From positions 50,180 to 114,179 of the forward strand of contig DXML01000020.1 in NCBI GenBank assembly GCA_019414205.1: 64,000 nucleotides of DNA, in the 5' to 3' direction. This document shows positions 38,055 to 45,976 of this stretch, piece by piece. Positions within the stretch are counted from its first letter, which is position 1. Each line of letters starts with the position of its first letter. A program made the position numbers and the translations under genes. The notes under the pieces were generated by a model. It had not been told where the DNA came from. It did no database searches and saw nothing but the letters and a program-made list of their open reading frames with translations. The DNA comes from Collinsella sp. GTDB lineage: Bacteria > Actinomycetota > Coriobacteriia > Coriobacteriales > Coriobacteriaceae.

Positions 38055-38714
38055 CTACTCACCGAGCATCTCTTGGAGCTTGGCTGCCACGGCATGTCCC
38101 AAGCTCTCGTGGCTTTCGGGCATCATATGCAGATAGTCGATATCGCCCGGCTCGGCAAACTCGGCGGCATTCAAAAAGTCGCAGCCAAACTGCTCGGCCA
38201 CGTGCGCATAGTACTCGCCAAAATGTTCAGATGCCTCGACGGAACGCTCGTCAAAATCGGTCATATATACATCGGCGATCTGCGGCTTGATCTTGATAGG
38301 AGCCATCAGCAGGATGCGCGGGCAAGGCGCAGCGTCGGTCCACGGAAACGCGCGGACGGCGCGAATCAGCGCCATGGCGCCACGGGCGATATCGGAAGCT
38401 GTCACGTTAAAGACCGTCTTACAGTCGTTGGTGCCCAGCATGATCACAATGGCGTCCAGCGGCTTATGAGCCTCGAGCAGCATCGGAAGCGCGCGAATGC
38501 CGTTGAGGTTAGTGTCCAGATGGCACATGTCGTCGCGTACCGTCGTGCGGCCGTTGAGGCCTTCTTCAATTACATGCCAGCCCTCGCCTAAGTCACGTTG
38601 GACCACGCCACACCAGCGCACATCCTGCGCATAGCGCACCGCGGTACCGTCGCGCATGCCCGCCGGATCGTAACCATAGGTGTTGCTGTCACCAAAGCAC
38701 AGAACGTTTTTCAT
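38055..38714 (-). CDS. SGNH/GDSL hydrolase
   Basis: MKNVLCFGDSNTYGYDP (block I), GLNGRTT, MLGTNDCK. Start set to ATG 38714 (SD GGGGAG). Confidence 0.8.
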   Translation of the reverse strand: MKNVLCFGDSNTYGYDPAGMRDGTAVRYAQDVRWCGVVQRDLGEGWHVIEEGLNGRTTVRDDMCHLDTNLNGIRALPMLLEAHKPLDAIVIMLGTNDCKTVFNVTASDIARGAMALIRAVRAFPWTDAAPCPRILLMAPIKIKPQIADVYMTDFDERSVEASEHFGEYYAHVAEQFGCDFLNAAEFAEPGDIDYLHMMPESHESLGHAVAAKLQEMLGE

Positions 38715-38733
38715 CGTAAGCTCCCCACTCAAT

Positions 38734-38766
38734 AAAAAGCCGACAGGAGCAGCCTCTCCCGTCGGC
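38734..38766 (-). terminator. Terminator-like hairpin after the PARG-like gene, about 20 nt before the SGNH start codon
   Basis: Minus strand GCCGACGGG-loop-CCTGTCGGC followed by TTTTTA. Confidence 0.65.
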
Positions 38767-38792
38767 TCGGTATATCGCATCACGAGCACCGT

Positions 38793-39926
38793 TTACAGGT
38801 ACTTGCGCCAGTCGTCGTCATCCTCGTCATCCTCGGCAGCGGCCTGAGCCTGCTCGGCGGCACGGGCGGCTGCGGCGCGGGCGGCAACCTGAGCATAGGA
38901 CTCCTCGTTTCGCTCGGGGAAGTTTGCCAGCACGTGCTCGAATTTGGCGAAGTCCTCGTCCCAGCGCGTAGAGGGCACGGCAAAGAAGACCTGCTTGACC
39001 TTGAAGTCGCCCGATGCGAGCTCCTTGCGGAAGAGCTCGGCCACGGCCTCGGCATCAAAGCCGTTGTTGTCGCAGCCCCATGCGCCCAGCACGAGCTTCT
39101 CGCGACCCAACTCGTCGCAGATGGCGAGCACAAAGCGAATGCGGTCGCGCAGGGCATCCAGCAGAGCATCGTCGCTCACGCGATACTCCTGGCGGGCGCG
39201 CTTAACGTTGGGCGCGGCGGCCACGATCACGTCGGCGTATGCATGCACGTGGTTGCGGTCGAAGCGCACCGCAGGCACCACTAGGGCACGGTTACGATAG
39301 AGCTCGCAGTTGATGTTGCGGCGACGGTTCTCGCCGTACCACTTACGCTGCCTATCGAGAACGTTGTACAGATACGAATCGGCGCACAGCGTGGCCTCCT
39401 GGCCCAGATAACCCTGAATATATCCACCGCCCGGATTGGTAAACGAGGCAAAGGCGAGCACGGCCATGTCGCAGAACTGCGCATAGCCGCGACCGTTATC
39501 GAGGATTGCCTGCGTGGCGGAGGCATCAAGCACAGTGACCTCGGGCAGGACCGGAGCGGGCTCCTCAGCAGGCGCGGACTCAGCTTCGGCGATTTCCTCG
39601 GCAGGCTCCTCGACGGGCTCGGGCGCCGCCTCGGTCTCGGGCGCTGCCTCGACCTCGGCAGTCTCCGCGTTCTCGACGTCCTCGGCGACCTGCTCTTCGG
39701 GGGCCACAGCACTCTGAACCTTGGCCTTCATCGCCGCGACAAAGCCGGCAGGCATACCGTCAAACTCGCGAACACCGGCAAGCGAACGCTCGATATCCTT
39801 GGCGCACGCTTCGGACACAGTTGCCACGTGACGCTCGGCGGCCTTGGCACGGGCCTCGCGCTTGGGATTGGGCTGACCCGCTCGGTTGGACCTGCGGTTA
39901 CGGTTCCTGTTGTCGACGTCTGCCAT
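38793..39926 (-). CDS. TIGR02452/DUF2263-type macrodomain (bacterial PARG-like) protein with a disordered N-terminal extension
   Basis: FASFTNPGGGYIQGYLGQEATLCADSYLY matches the GGG-X7-QE(E) PARG signature region. The N-terminal ~125 aa are basic and then Pro/Glu/Ala-rich. Confidence 0.7.
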   Translation of the reverse strand: MADVDNRNRNRRSNRAGQPNPKREARAKAAERHVATVSEACAKDIERSLAGVREFDGMPAGFVAAMKAKVQSAVAPEEQVAEDVENAETAEVEAAPETEAAPEPVEEPAEEIAEAESAPAEEPAPVLPEVTVLDASATQAILDNGRGYAQFCDMAVLAFASFTNPGGGYIQGYLGQEATLCADSYLYNVLDRQRKWYGENRRRNINCELYRNRALVVPAVRFDRNHVHAYADVIVAAAPNVKRARQEYRVSDDALLDALRDRIRFVLAICDELGREKLVLGAWGCDNNGFDAEAVAELFRKELASGDFKVKQVFFAVPSTRWDEDFAKFEHVLANFPERNEESYAQVAARAAAARAAEQAQAAAEDDEDDDDWRKYL

Positions 39927-39991
39927 ACGTGGCCACCTTTCCTGTCGCTGCCGCTATCGGCTTTTCCCATCCATGATACCCCGCCGCGCAC

Positions 39992-40017
39992 AAAAAAGAC
40001 GGCCCCGAAGGACCGCC
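39992..40017 (-). terminator. Rho-independent terminator after the BI-1 family gene
   Basis: Minus strand GGCGGUCC-UUCG-GGGCCGUC followed by UUUUUU. The G.U pairs form only on the minus strand. Confidence 0.75.
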
Positions 40018-40066
40018 TTTCGCATCGTTTTACCGTGTCCGGCAGGAAGCATCGCAATGCCGCGCT

Positions 40067-40762
40067 TTAATCGCGACGGCCGAGGATGTTCAGAATGCGC
40101 AGGAACACGTTGATGATGTCCACGAACAGGTTGGATGCCATGAGCACGGCGTTGGGCAGCGTGGGCGGCACCGTCGTTGCCACATAGGTGTCGTAGCCGA
40201 TGAAGCCGGCGAACACCACGATCACGATCAGGTCGGTGATGGACTGCGAAACGCCCATGAACATCAGCACGATCTCGACCAGAATCGTGGCAAGCAGGAT
40301 GCCAAAACCAATGCCATACACACGCTGGAAGAACTTGGGGAAGGTCACGCCCAGCGCACCAAAGACAAAGGTGATGGCGGCCGTGGCGATAAAGGCGGTG
40401 TTAATGGTAGGCAGGTCATAGTTGGCAAGACCAAACGACGCCGTCAGGCCAAAGGTGCTCGCAAAGACCACGTAGCCCACGAGTGACAGGCCCACGGACT
40501 GTTTGCTGGCAGCAGCCGACATCATGACCATGCCGACGATGGTCAAAATAAATGAGCCAAAGACCAGCGGCAAAGCGGCGCCGCTCATCATCATGCGCGC
40601 AAACGACATGGTGCTCGTAAAGTAAACACCGGCGCCCATGGCGCAAAAGCCCAAAAAGATCAGAGCAGACATGACAAGGTTGTACGCGCGCGGCGACATC
40701 TCCTTGGCACGGCTTGCGCCGGTCTCGATGGGGCCATTCTGATAGCCCTGGATATCGTTCAT
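40067..40762 (-). CDS. Bax inhibitor-1/YccA family membrane protein
   Basis: 231 aa, seven predicted TM segments, typical N-terminus and C-terminal ...FLRILNILGRRD. Confidence 0.8.
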   Translation of the reverse strand: MNDIQGYQNGPIETGASRAKEMSPRAYNLVMSALIFLGFCAMGAGVYFTSTMSFARMMMSGAALPLVFGSFILTIVGMVMMSAAASKQSVGLSLVGYVVFASTFGLTASFGLANYDLPTINTAFIATAAITFVFGALGVTFPKFFQRVYGIGFGILLATILVEIVLMFMGVSQSITDLIVIVVFAGFIGYDTYVATTVPPTLPNAVLMASNLFVDIINVFLRILNILGRRD

Positions 40763-40842
40763 AATTTCGTCCTTTCAAAAAGCACCGCGACGGCGCCGTA
40801 GCTGACAAGTTTCCTGCCATTGTACCCGAACGCCACGCGTTC

Positions 40843-41181
40843 TTACCTGCGGCGCTCGCTCTCGAGTGTTCGGTCGAACGCCCACACCCACCAACGCATC
40901 ACGTGTGCCTGCGAGCCGTCCGCCCGCTCGCGCGTCTGGTCCTCCAGATACAACTCGGTCGCGTGCCCGCCAAAACGCACCTTATAGGTTGCCGTACGAA
41001 TGCTGTGAACCGTCAGGCCAAACCCAGTGGTCGAGACAATCTCGTCAATCGTAAAGCAACGACCGTCGACCCAGCAGACGGTGACCGGCACGACCTGTCC
41101 GCCCGCGAGGATGCGAGCCACGACGTCCACATACTGCTTGTGCACGCGCCGAGTTTTGCCATCTGTCTGTCGATATTCCAT
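40843..41181 (-). CDS. Hypothetical protein (112 aa)
   Basis: ATG 41181 with strong SD GGAGG. MEYRQTDGKTRRVHKQYVDVV...WWVWAFDRT. No family recognised. Confidence 0.55.
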   Translation of the reverse strand: MEYRQTDGKTRRVHKQYVDVVARILAGGQVVPVTVCWVDGRCFTIDEIVSTTGFGLTVHSIRTATYKVRFGGHATELYLEDQTRERADGSQAHVMRWWVWAFDRTLESERRR

Positions 41182-41431
41182 GCCTCCTATTATCGAACGC
41201 ATGTTTGCATGTTGTAAAGCGAACAGGCTGTGGTTTTGGGGTGTTGGGGCGCGCGCACGTGTCCTCATGGTGTGTTAGCAAAAAGAACACCCACGGTCAA
41301 CAGGGCTAATATTCATTTTTAGTGCCAAAAAATTCACTGCTCCCATCAGAACTCGGTAAAGAAACCCGCAGGAGGTGATACGATTTATCATGTTTCTGTA
41401 ACGTGCCTGCAAACTTCGAGAAAGCCCATAT

Positions 41432-42481
41432 ATGGACGTAACGTTCTCAACCTTCCTCGGCCAACTTGTGTCGAACCCAGTCCTTGCCGTCACCGTGATC
41501 CTCGCGCTCGGCGCCATCTTCGTCAATGGATGGACCGACGCACCCAACGCCATCGCGACCTGCGTCACTACGCGTTGCATGCCCGCCCGCGCCGCTATTC
41601 TCATGAGTGCCGCATTCAACTTCCTTGGCGTGCTCATCATGACGCACTTTAACGCGAGCGTCGCCAACACCATCTCCCATATTGTCGACTTTGGCGGAAA
41701 CAGCACCATGGCGCTCGCCTGTCTGTGCGCGGCGCTGTTCTCCATCGTCGCCTACGGCGCCACAGCGTCGCGTTTTGGCATCCCCACCTCGCAAAGCCAC
41801 AGCCTTATCGCCGGCCTGACCGGTGCCGCCATCGCCCTCGGCGGTGCGAGCAGCGTCAACGTCCACGAGTGGATGAAGGTCATCTACGGCCTGGCGCTCT
41901 CCATCGGTCTGGGCTTTGTCATGGGCTGGGTCCTGTGCAAGCTCGTCTCGATTCTTTTCGCCGCCGCCAACAGGCGACGTGCCAATGTCTTCTTTAAATA
42001 CGCTCAGATCGCGAGCGCTGCGGCCATGAGCTTTATGCACGGCGCGCAGGATGGACAGAAGTTCATCGGCGTGCTCTTTTTAGGCGTGGCCTTCGCCAGC
42101 GGCCAGACGAGCGTCGGCGATGCCGGCATCCCCATCTGGATTATGCTGCTATGCTCGGCCACCATGGGCATCGGCACCAGCGTGGGCGGCGAGCGCATCA
42201 TCAAGTCCGTCGGCCAGAGCATGGTCAAGCTCGAAAAGTACCAGGGCTTCTCCGCCGACCTGGCGGGCGCCGCGAACCTGCTGCTTGCCACCCTTACCGG
42301 CATCCCCGTGTCCTCCACGCACATCAAGACCTGCGCCATCATGGGCGTCGGTGCCGTCAAACGCCTCTCGGCCATCAACTTCGGCGTCGTCAAGGACATG
42401 ATGTTCACCTGGTTCTTCACCTTCCCCGCCTGCGGACTCATCAGCTTTGTCATGGCCAAGCTGTTCATGATGTTCCTCTAG
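41432..42481 (+). CDS. pit: PiT-family inorganic phosphate transporter
   Basis: FVNGWTDAPNAIAT and MHGAQDGQKF / PVSSTHI signature repeats. Confidence 0.85.
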   Translation: MDVTFSTFLGQLVSNPVLAVTVILALGAIFVNGWTDAPNAIATCVTTRCMPARAAILMSAAFNFLGVLIMTHFNASVANTISHIVDFGGNSTMALACLCAALFSIVAYGATASRFGIPTSQSHSLIAGLTGAAIALGGASSVNVHEWMKVIYGLALSIGLGFVMGWVLCKLVSILFAAANRRRANVFFKYAQIASAAAMSFMHGAQDGQKFIGVLFLGVAFASGQTSVGDAGIPIWIMLLCSATMGIGTSVGGERIIKSVGQSMVKLEKYQGFSADLAGAANLLLATLTGIPVSSTHIKTCAIMGVGAVKRLSAINFGVVKDMMFTWFFTFPACGLISFVMAKLFMMFL

Positions 42482-42548
42482 CCACACCGAGCGTCCATCC
42501 GGACCGCAAAACTTCGCCCACCCGTCTTCGCCTCGAAAGGACCCACTC

Positions 42549-43172
42549 ATGGCAAAGAAACCCGATTCATTCTACTTTGACAACTACGTCGCCTGCGCCG
42601 ACCTTGCCGTCCAGGCCGCCGAGCTGCTTACCAAGATTTTCGAGAACTTCGATCCCGCGAAGATTCACGATATGCTCGACAAGATGCACGCGATCGAGCA
42701 TGCGGCCGACAAGAAGCACCATGAGCTTGAGGACGCCCTGCTCACGGCCTTTATCACCCCGCTTGAGCGCGAGGACCTGGATCTGATGAGCTGCTCGCTC
42801 GACACCGTGCTCGACCGTATCGAGGGCGTCGTGCAGCGCGTCTACTTCACCAACATCCAGAGCATCCATCCCGACGCCATCGTCATCGCCCACAAGGTGA
42901 CCGACGCCTGCCGCGCCATGAAGGACCTGATGGTCGAGCTGCCCAACTACCGCAAGTCCAAGACGCTGCGCGAGCTCGTCATCCAGATCAACACCATCGA
43001 GTCCGAGGCCGACGAGCTCTATATCAACGCCATGCGTAACCTGCACGTTAACGGCAAGGACCCGCTCGAGGTTATCGCCTGGCGTGACGTGTACGCCTTC
43101 CTGGAGTACTGCGCCGACTGCTGCGAGAATGTGGCCGATGTCGTGGATTCGATCGTCATGAAGAACAGTTAA
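42549..43172 (+). CDS. DUF47 (PhoU-like, TIGR00153) protein
   Basis: 207 aa: ...HAIEHAADKKHHEL...ITPLEREDL...IESEADELY..., adjacent to pit. Confidence 0.8.
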   Translation: MAKKPDSFYFDNYVACADLAVQAAELLTKIFENFDPAKIHDMLDKMHAIEHAADKKHHELEDALLTAFITPLEREDLDLMSCSLDTVLDRIEGVVQRVYFTNIQSIHPDAIVIAHKVTDACRAMKDLMVELPNYRKSKTLRELVIQINTIESEADELYINAMRNLHVNGKDPLEVIAWRDVYAFLEYCADCCENVADVVDSIVMKNS

Positions 43173-43198
43173 TTGGGGGTACATGTCCCACCGGTCGC

Positions 43199-43273
43199 GG
43201 GCCCGGCCACTAATAACCTTTTTCACTCCGGCTGCAAGCAGAGTCGTTCAAAAGGTTATTAGTGGCCGGGCCC
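43199..43273. repeat. Perfect 24-bp-arm inverted repeat (terminator-like or MITE-like hairpin)
   Basis: GGGCCCGGCCACTAATAACCTTTT ... AAAAGGTTATTAGTGGCCGGGCCC with a ~26-nt loop, 27 nt after the DUF47 stop. Confidence 0.7.
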
Positions 43274-43458
43274 GCTCCCTTATGCACCACCATTGGGAAC
43301 TTTGGCTGATAGATTTAGCGCGATGGGGGTTTGGCTGAAGGGACCTATGGTACCCGTTCGGACACTTTGGCCCTTGATGAGCGTTTGGCTGATTGCTGTT
43401 TTGGGTACTGTTTGGGTTACTTTGGGTTTGTTTGATTTTTAATTGTTGGAGGGCTTGT

Positions 43459-43989
43459 ATGTCTTATTTGGATCTGGCTCGGTCTCGGTATTCTTGTCGC
43501 GAGTTTGAGAATCGTTCTGTTGAGCAAGCTGTTGTGGATGCCATTGTTGAGGCTGGGCGTATTGCTCCTTCTGCTTGTAATAATCATCCAGCCCGTGTGA
43601 TGGTGCTGGATACGCCTGAGCTGTTGGAGAAGGCTGCTGCTTGTCAGCCTCGGTTTGCTCGTGATGGGTCTATCTTTGGAGCTCCGCTTGTCTTCCTTAT
43701 TTGCAGCGTTACCGATGATGCTTGGGTGCGCCCGTATGACCAGATGAATTCCAGTGAAATCGATACGTCCATCGTGTGCGACCAGATGATGATGGAGGCC
43801 ACCGAGCAGGGCCTGGGAACGTGCTGGGTATGCCATTTTAAGCCTGAGGTGGCACAGGAGCAGTTCAATCTGCCCAAGGGCGTCTATCCCTATCACATGC
43901 TCGTCTGTGGCTATCCCGCCGACCACATCGCCGATCCCGAGCATCGCGAGGCCCGCACTATTCCCCTCTCCAACTTCCTCCTCAAGTAG
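43459..43989 (+). CDS. Nitroreductase family protein
   Basis: RYSCREF, GRIAPSACNNHPARV, QGLGTCWV. Start ATG 43459 (SD GGAGGG). Confidence 0.75.
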   Translation: MSYLDLARSRYSCREFENRSVEQAVVDAIVEAGRIAPSACNNHPARVMVLDTPELLEKAAACQPRFARDGSIFGAPLVFLICSVTDDAWVRPYDQMNSSEIDTSIVCDQMMMEATEQGLGTCWVCHFKPEVAQEQFNLPKGVYPYHMLVCGYPADHIADPEHREARTIPLSNFLLK

Positions 43990-44032
43990 TTTTTAGACAT
44001 ACCTTAAAATCTACCTTTTACCACGCGCCCTT

Positions 44033-44076
44033 CGCCGAGTTCTGTCCTATCGCATGCAGAGCTCGGCGTTTTGTTT
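44033..44076 (+). terminator. Terminator after the nitroreductase gene
   Basis: CGCCGAG-loop-CTCGGCG followed by TTTTGTTT. Confidence 0.55.
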
Positions 44077-44096
44077 CCCAACCCGTATACAGCCAC

Positions 44097-44125
44097 AAAA
44101 AAGGAGCCCGCAGGTGCGAGCTCCT
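44097..44125 (-). terminator. Rho-independent terminator after divIVA
   Basis: Minus strand AGGAGCTCGCA-cc-TGCGGGCTCCT followed by TTTTTT. Confidence 0.7.
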
Positions 44126-44154
44126 CTTAAGGACACTAGATTGTAGCTCTGATG

Positions 44155-44829
44155 CTAGTCCAGGTCGTCGGCGGCAAAGTTGTCGATCGGGGCGAAGGGA
44201 TCGGCCACGGGGACAACCGGGTCAGCGACGGGCAGCGGCTCGGCGGGAACAGTCACCGCAGGAGAAACGGCAGAACCGACCGGCGCGGAGGCCATGAGGT
44301 CGGCCGGGAAGGAGTTCTGGGCATCGTCCATGAAGTGCTGGATGAGCTTGAGGTACTCGGCCTTGAACTCCTCGCGGGAAGCCTTGAGACGATCGATTTC
44401 CTCGAGCTCGGCCTGCTTTTCGGTCAGAGCCTGGCGGATAACCTCGCGGGCCTTGGCGTCAGCCTCGTTGCGGATACGCTCAGCATTCTCGTTGGCATCG
44501 TTGACGATGGTCTCAGCGGTCTGCTGGGCAGCGATCAGGGCAGCGGAAATCTGGCGCTCCTGAGCGGAGAAGTCAGGGGCGGGAGCAGCCACGGGGGCGG
44601 CAGGAACGGCTTGGGCGGTGGCATCCTGAGCCTGGGCAAGCTGAGCCTGCGCATCGGCAAGCTGCTGCTCGGTAGCAGTCAGACGACCCTTAAGGTCGAC
44701 GATCTTAGCGAGCATAGCGTCAACCTCGGAGGACAGTGTCTCCAAGAAGACGTCGACCTCGGCAGGATCGTAGCCACGCTTGGCCTCAGAGAAAGTCTGA
44801 GCCTGGATGTCTGCAGGGGTAATAGCCAT
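44155..44829 (-). CDS. divIVA: DivIVA-domain cell division/polar growth protein
   Basis: MAITPADIQAQTFSEAKRGYDPAEVDVFLE... plus coiled-coil segments. Last gene of the yggS-sepF-yggT-divIVA block. Confidence 0.85.
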   Translation of the reverse strand: MAITPADIQAQTFSEAKRGYDPAEVDVFLETLSSEVDAMLAKIVDLKGRLTATEQQLADAQAQLAQAQDATAQAVPAAPVAAPAPDFSAQERQISAALIAAQQTAETIVNDANENAERIRNEADAKAREVIRQALTEKQAELEEIDRLKASREEFKAEYLKLIQHFMDDAQNSFPADLMASAPVGSAVSPAVTVPAEPLPVADPVVPVADPFAPIDNFAADDLD

Positions 44830-44890
44830 AACAAGTCTCCTTTTTCATCGCCTCGGCGCTACACGCCCGACGTAAGTTACTAAGTCAGTT

Positions 44891-45172
44891 CTACACGAGT
44901 ATACCTATAAGAAGCTGCAGAACCAGCCTCTGCACCAACTGCAACGCAATAATCGCAACGACCGGCGAAAAATCGATACCGCCCATCGGCGGGATGAAAC
45001 GACGGAACAGGTTGAGCCACGGACCGCACACGCTATCAAGCACCGCGGCAATATCCTGAAGCAAACCACCCTGCTTCATGGGAATCCACGTCATAAAGCA
45101 GTAGACGACAATGAGCGTGGAATAGAAGTTGAACAGCGTGTTGACCAGCTGGACGATAGTGTAGATGTTGAT
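44891..45172 (-). CDS. yggT: YggT-family membrane protein; probable non-canonical (ATC) start
   Basis: The track ORF (ATG 45094) lacks the first TM helix. The in-frame upstream sequence INIYTIVQLVNTLFNFYSTLIVVYCF is open back to the sepF stop. SD GAGGAG lies 6 nt before ATC 45172. Confidence 0.6.
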   Translation of the reverse strand: MNIYTIVQLVNTLFNFYSTLIVVYCFMTWIPMKQGGLLQDIAAVLDSVCGPWLNLFRRFIPPMGGIDFSPVVAIIALQLVQRLVLQLLIGILV

Positions 45173-45193
45173 GGGAATCTCCTCGTCTTGTCT

Positions 45194-45916
45194 TTACTTA
45201 AGGTAGCCGTCGGCACGAAGCTTCTTGAGATCGGAATCTTTGACCTCGCAACCGGCGGGCAGCACCATGAACACGCGGTCGCCTACCTCCTTGACCGTGG
45301 CGCCCAGACCGCAGGCAAAGCCGTAAGAGAAGTCCAAGACGCGCTTGGCAACTTCGGTGCGTACGCCCACAAAAATCAGTGCGACAGGCTGCTTGGTGCG
45401 AACGCGGCGCACCACGGTCTCCACGTCGTCATAGCTCTCGGGGCGCAGGACATAGGCCGGCAGCTGCGGCGTGGCGTTGATGATATTGCTCGCATAGGCC
45501 GAGGCATCGCTCGGTGCAGGCGCGGGTGCAGCGGCGGCACGGGCGCGGGTGTTCTCGGCGTAGCTCGACGGCGTGTCATAGGCACCAGGACGATAACCGC
45601 TCGCAACGCTGTCCTGCGAGCGCGAAGGCGGGTTATACGTCGTGGCATGGCGGGAGTCATCGCCGACCAGCTGACCGGAGCGCGTATACACGGCAACCGA
45701 CTCAGCTTCACCGCGGCGCGTCTGACCAAGCAGGCCGTTGCTCGGCTCGTCTTGGGTGTAGAAGCCCTCGCCCGAAGCACCGCTGTAGCCGTTGCCCTGA
45801 TAACTATCGTCATAGCCGTCATCGTAGCCGTAGTCGTCGTCCTGGCCATAACCCTGGTCGTAACCCTGCTGGCCGCCCAGGTGCATCTTATTTTTAATCT
45901 CGTCAAGGAAGCCCAT
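45194..45916 (-). CDS. sepF: Cell division protein SepF with a long low-complexity N-terminal linker
   Basis: MGFLDEIKNKM... N-terminal membrane-targeting helix. C-terminal SepF core: LRPESYDDVETVVRRVRTKQPVALIF...RVFMVLP. Confidence 0.85.
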   Translation of the reverse strand: MGFLDEIKNKMHLGGQQGYDQGYGQDDDYGYDDGYDDSYQGNGYSGASGEGFYTQDEPSNGLLGQTRRGEAESVAVYTRSGQLVGDDSRHATTYNPPSRSQDSVASGYRPGAYDTPSSYAENTRARAAAAPAPAPSDASAYASNIINATPQLPAYVLRPESYDDVETVVRRVRTKQPVALIFVGVRTEVAKRVLDFSYGFACGLGATVKEVGDRVFMVLPAGCEVKDSDLKKLRADGYLK

Positions 45917-45976
45917 GGTTGTGTCCTCTCGCGGTTTAGTGCAGGCGCCCCGATAATCAGTGCGCACTTCAGAGCC

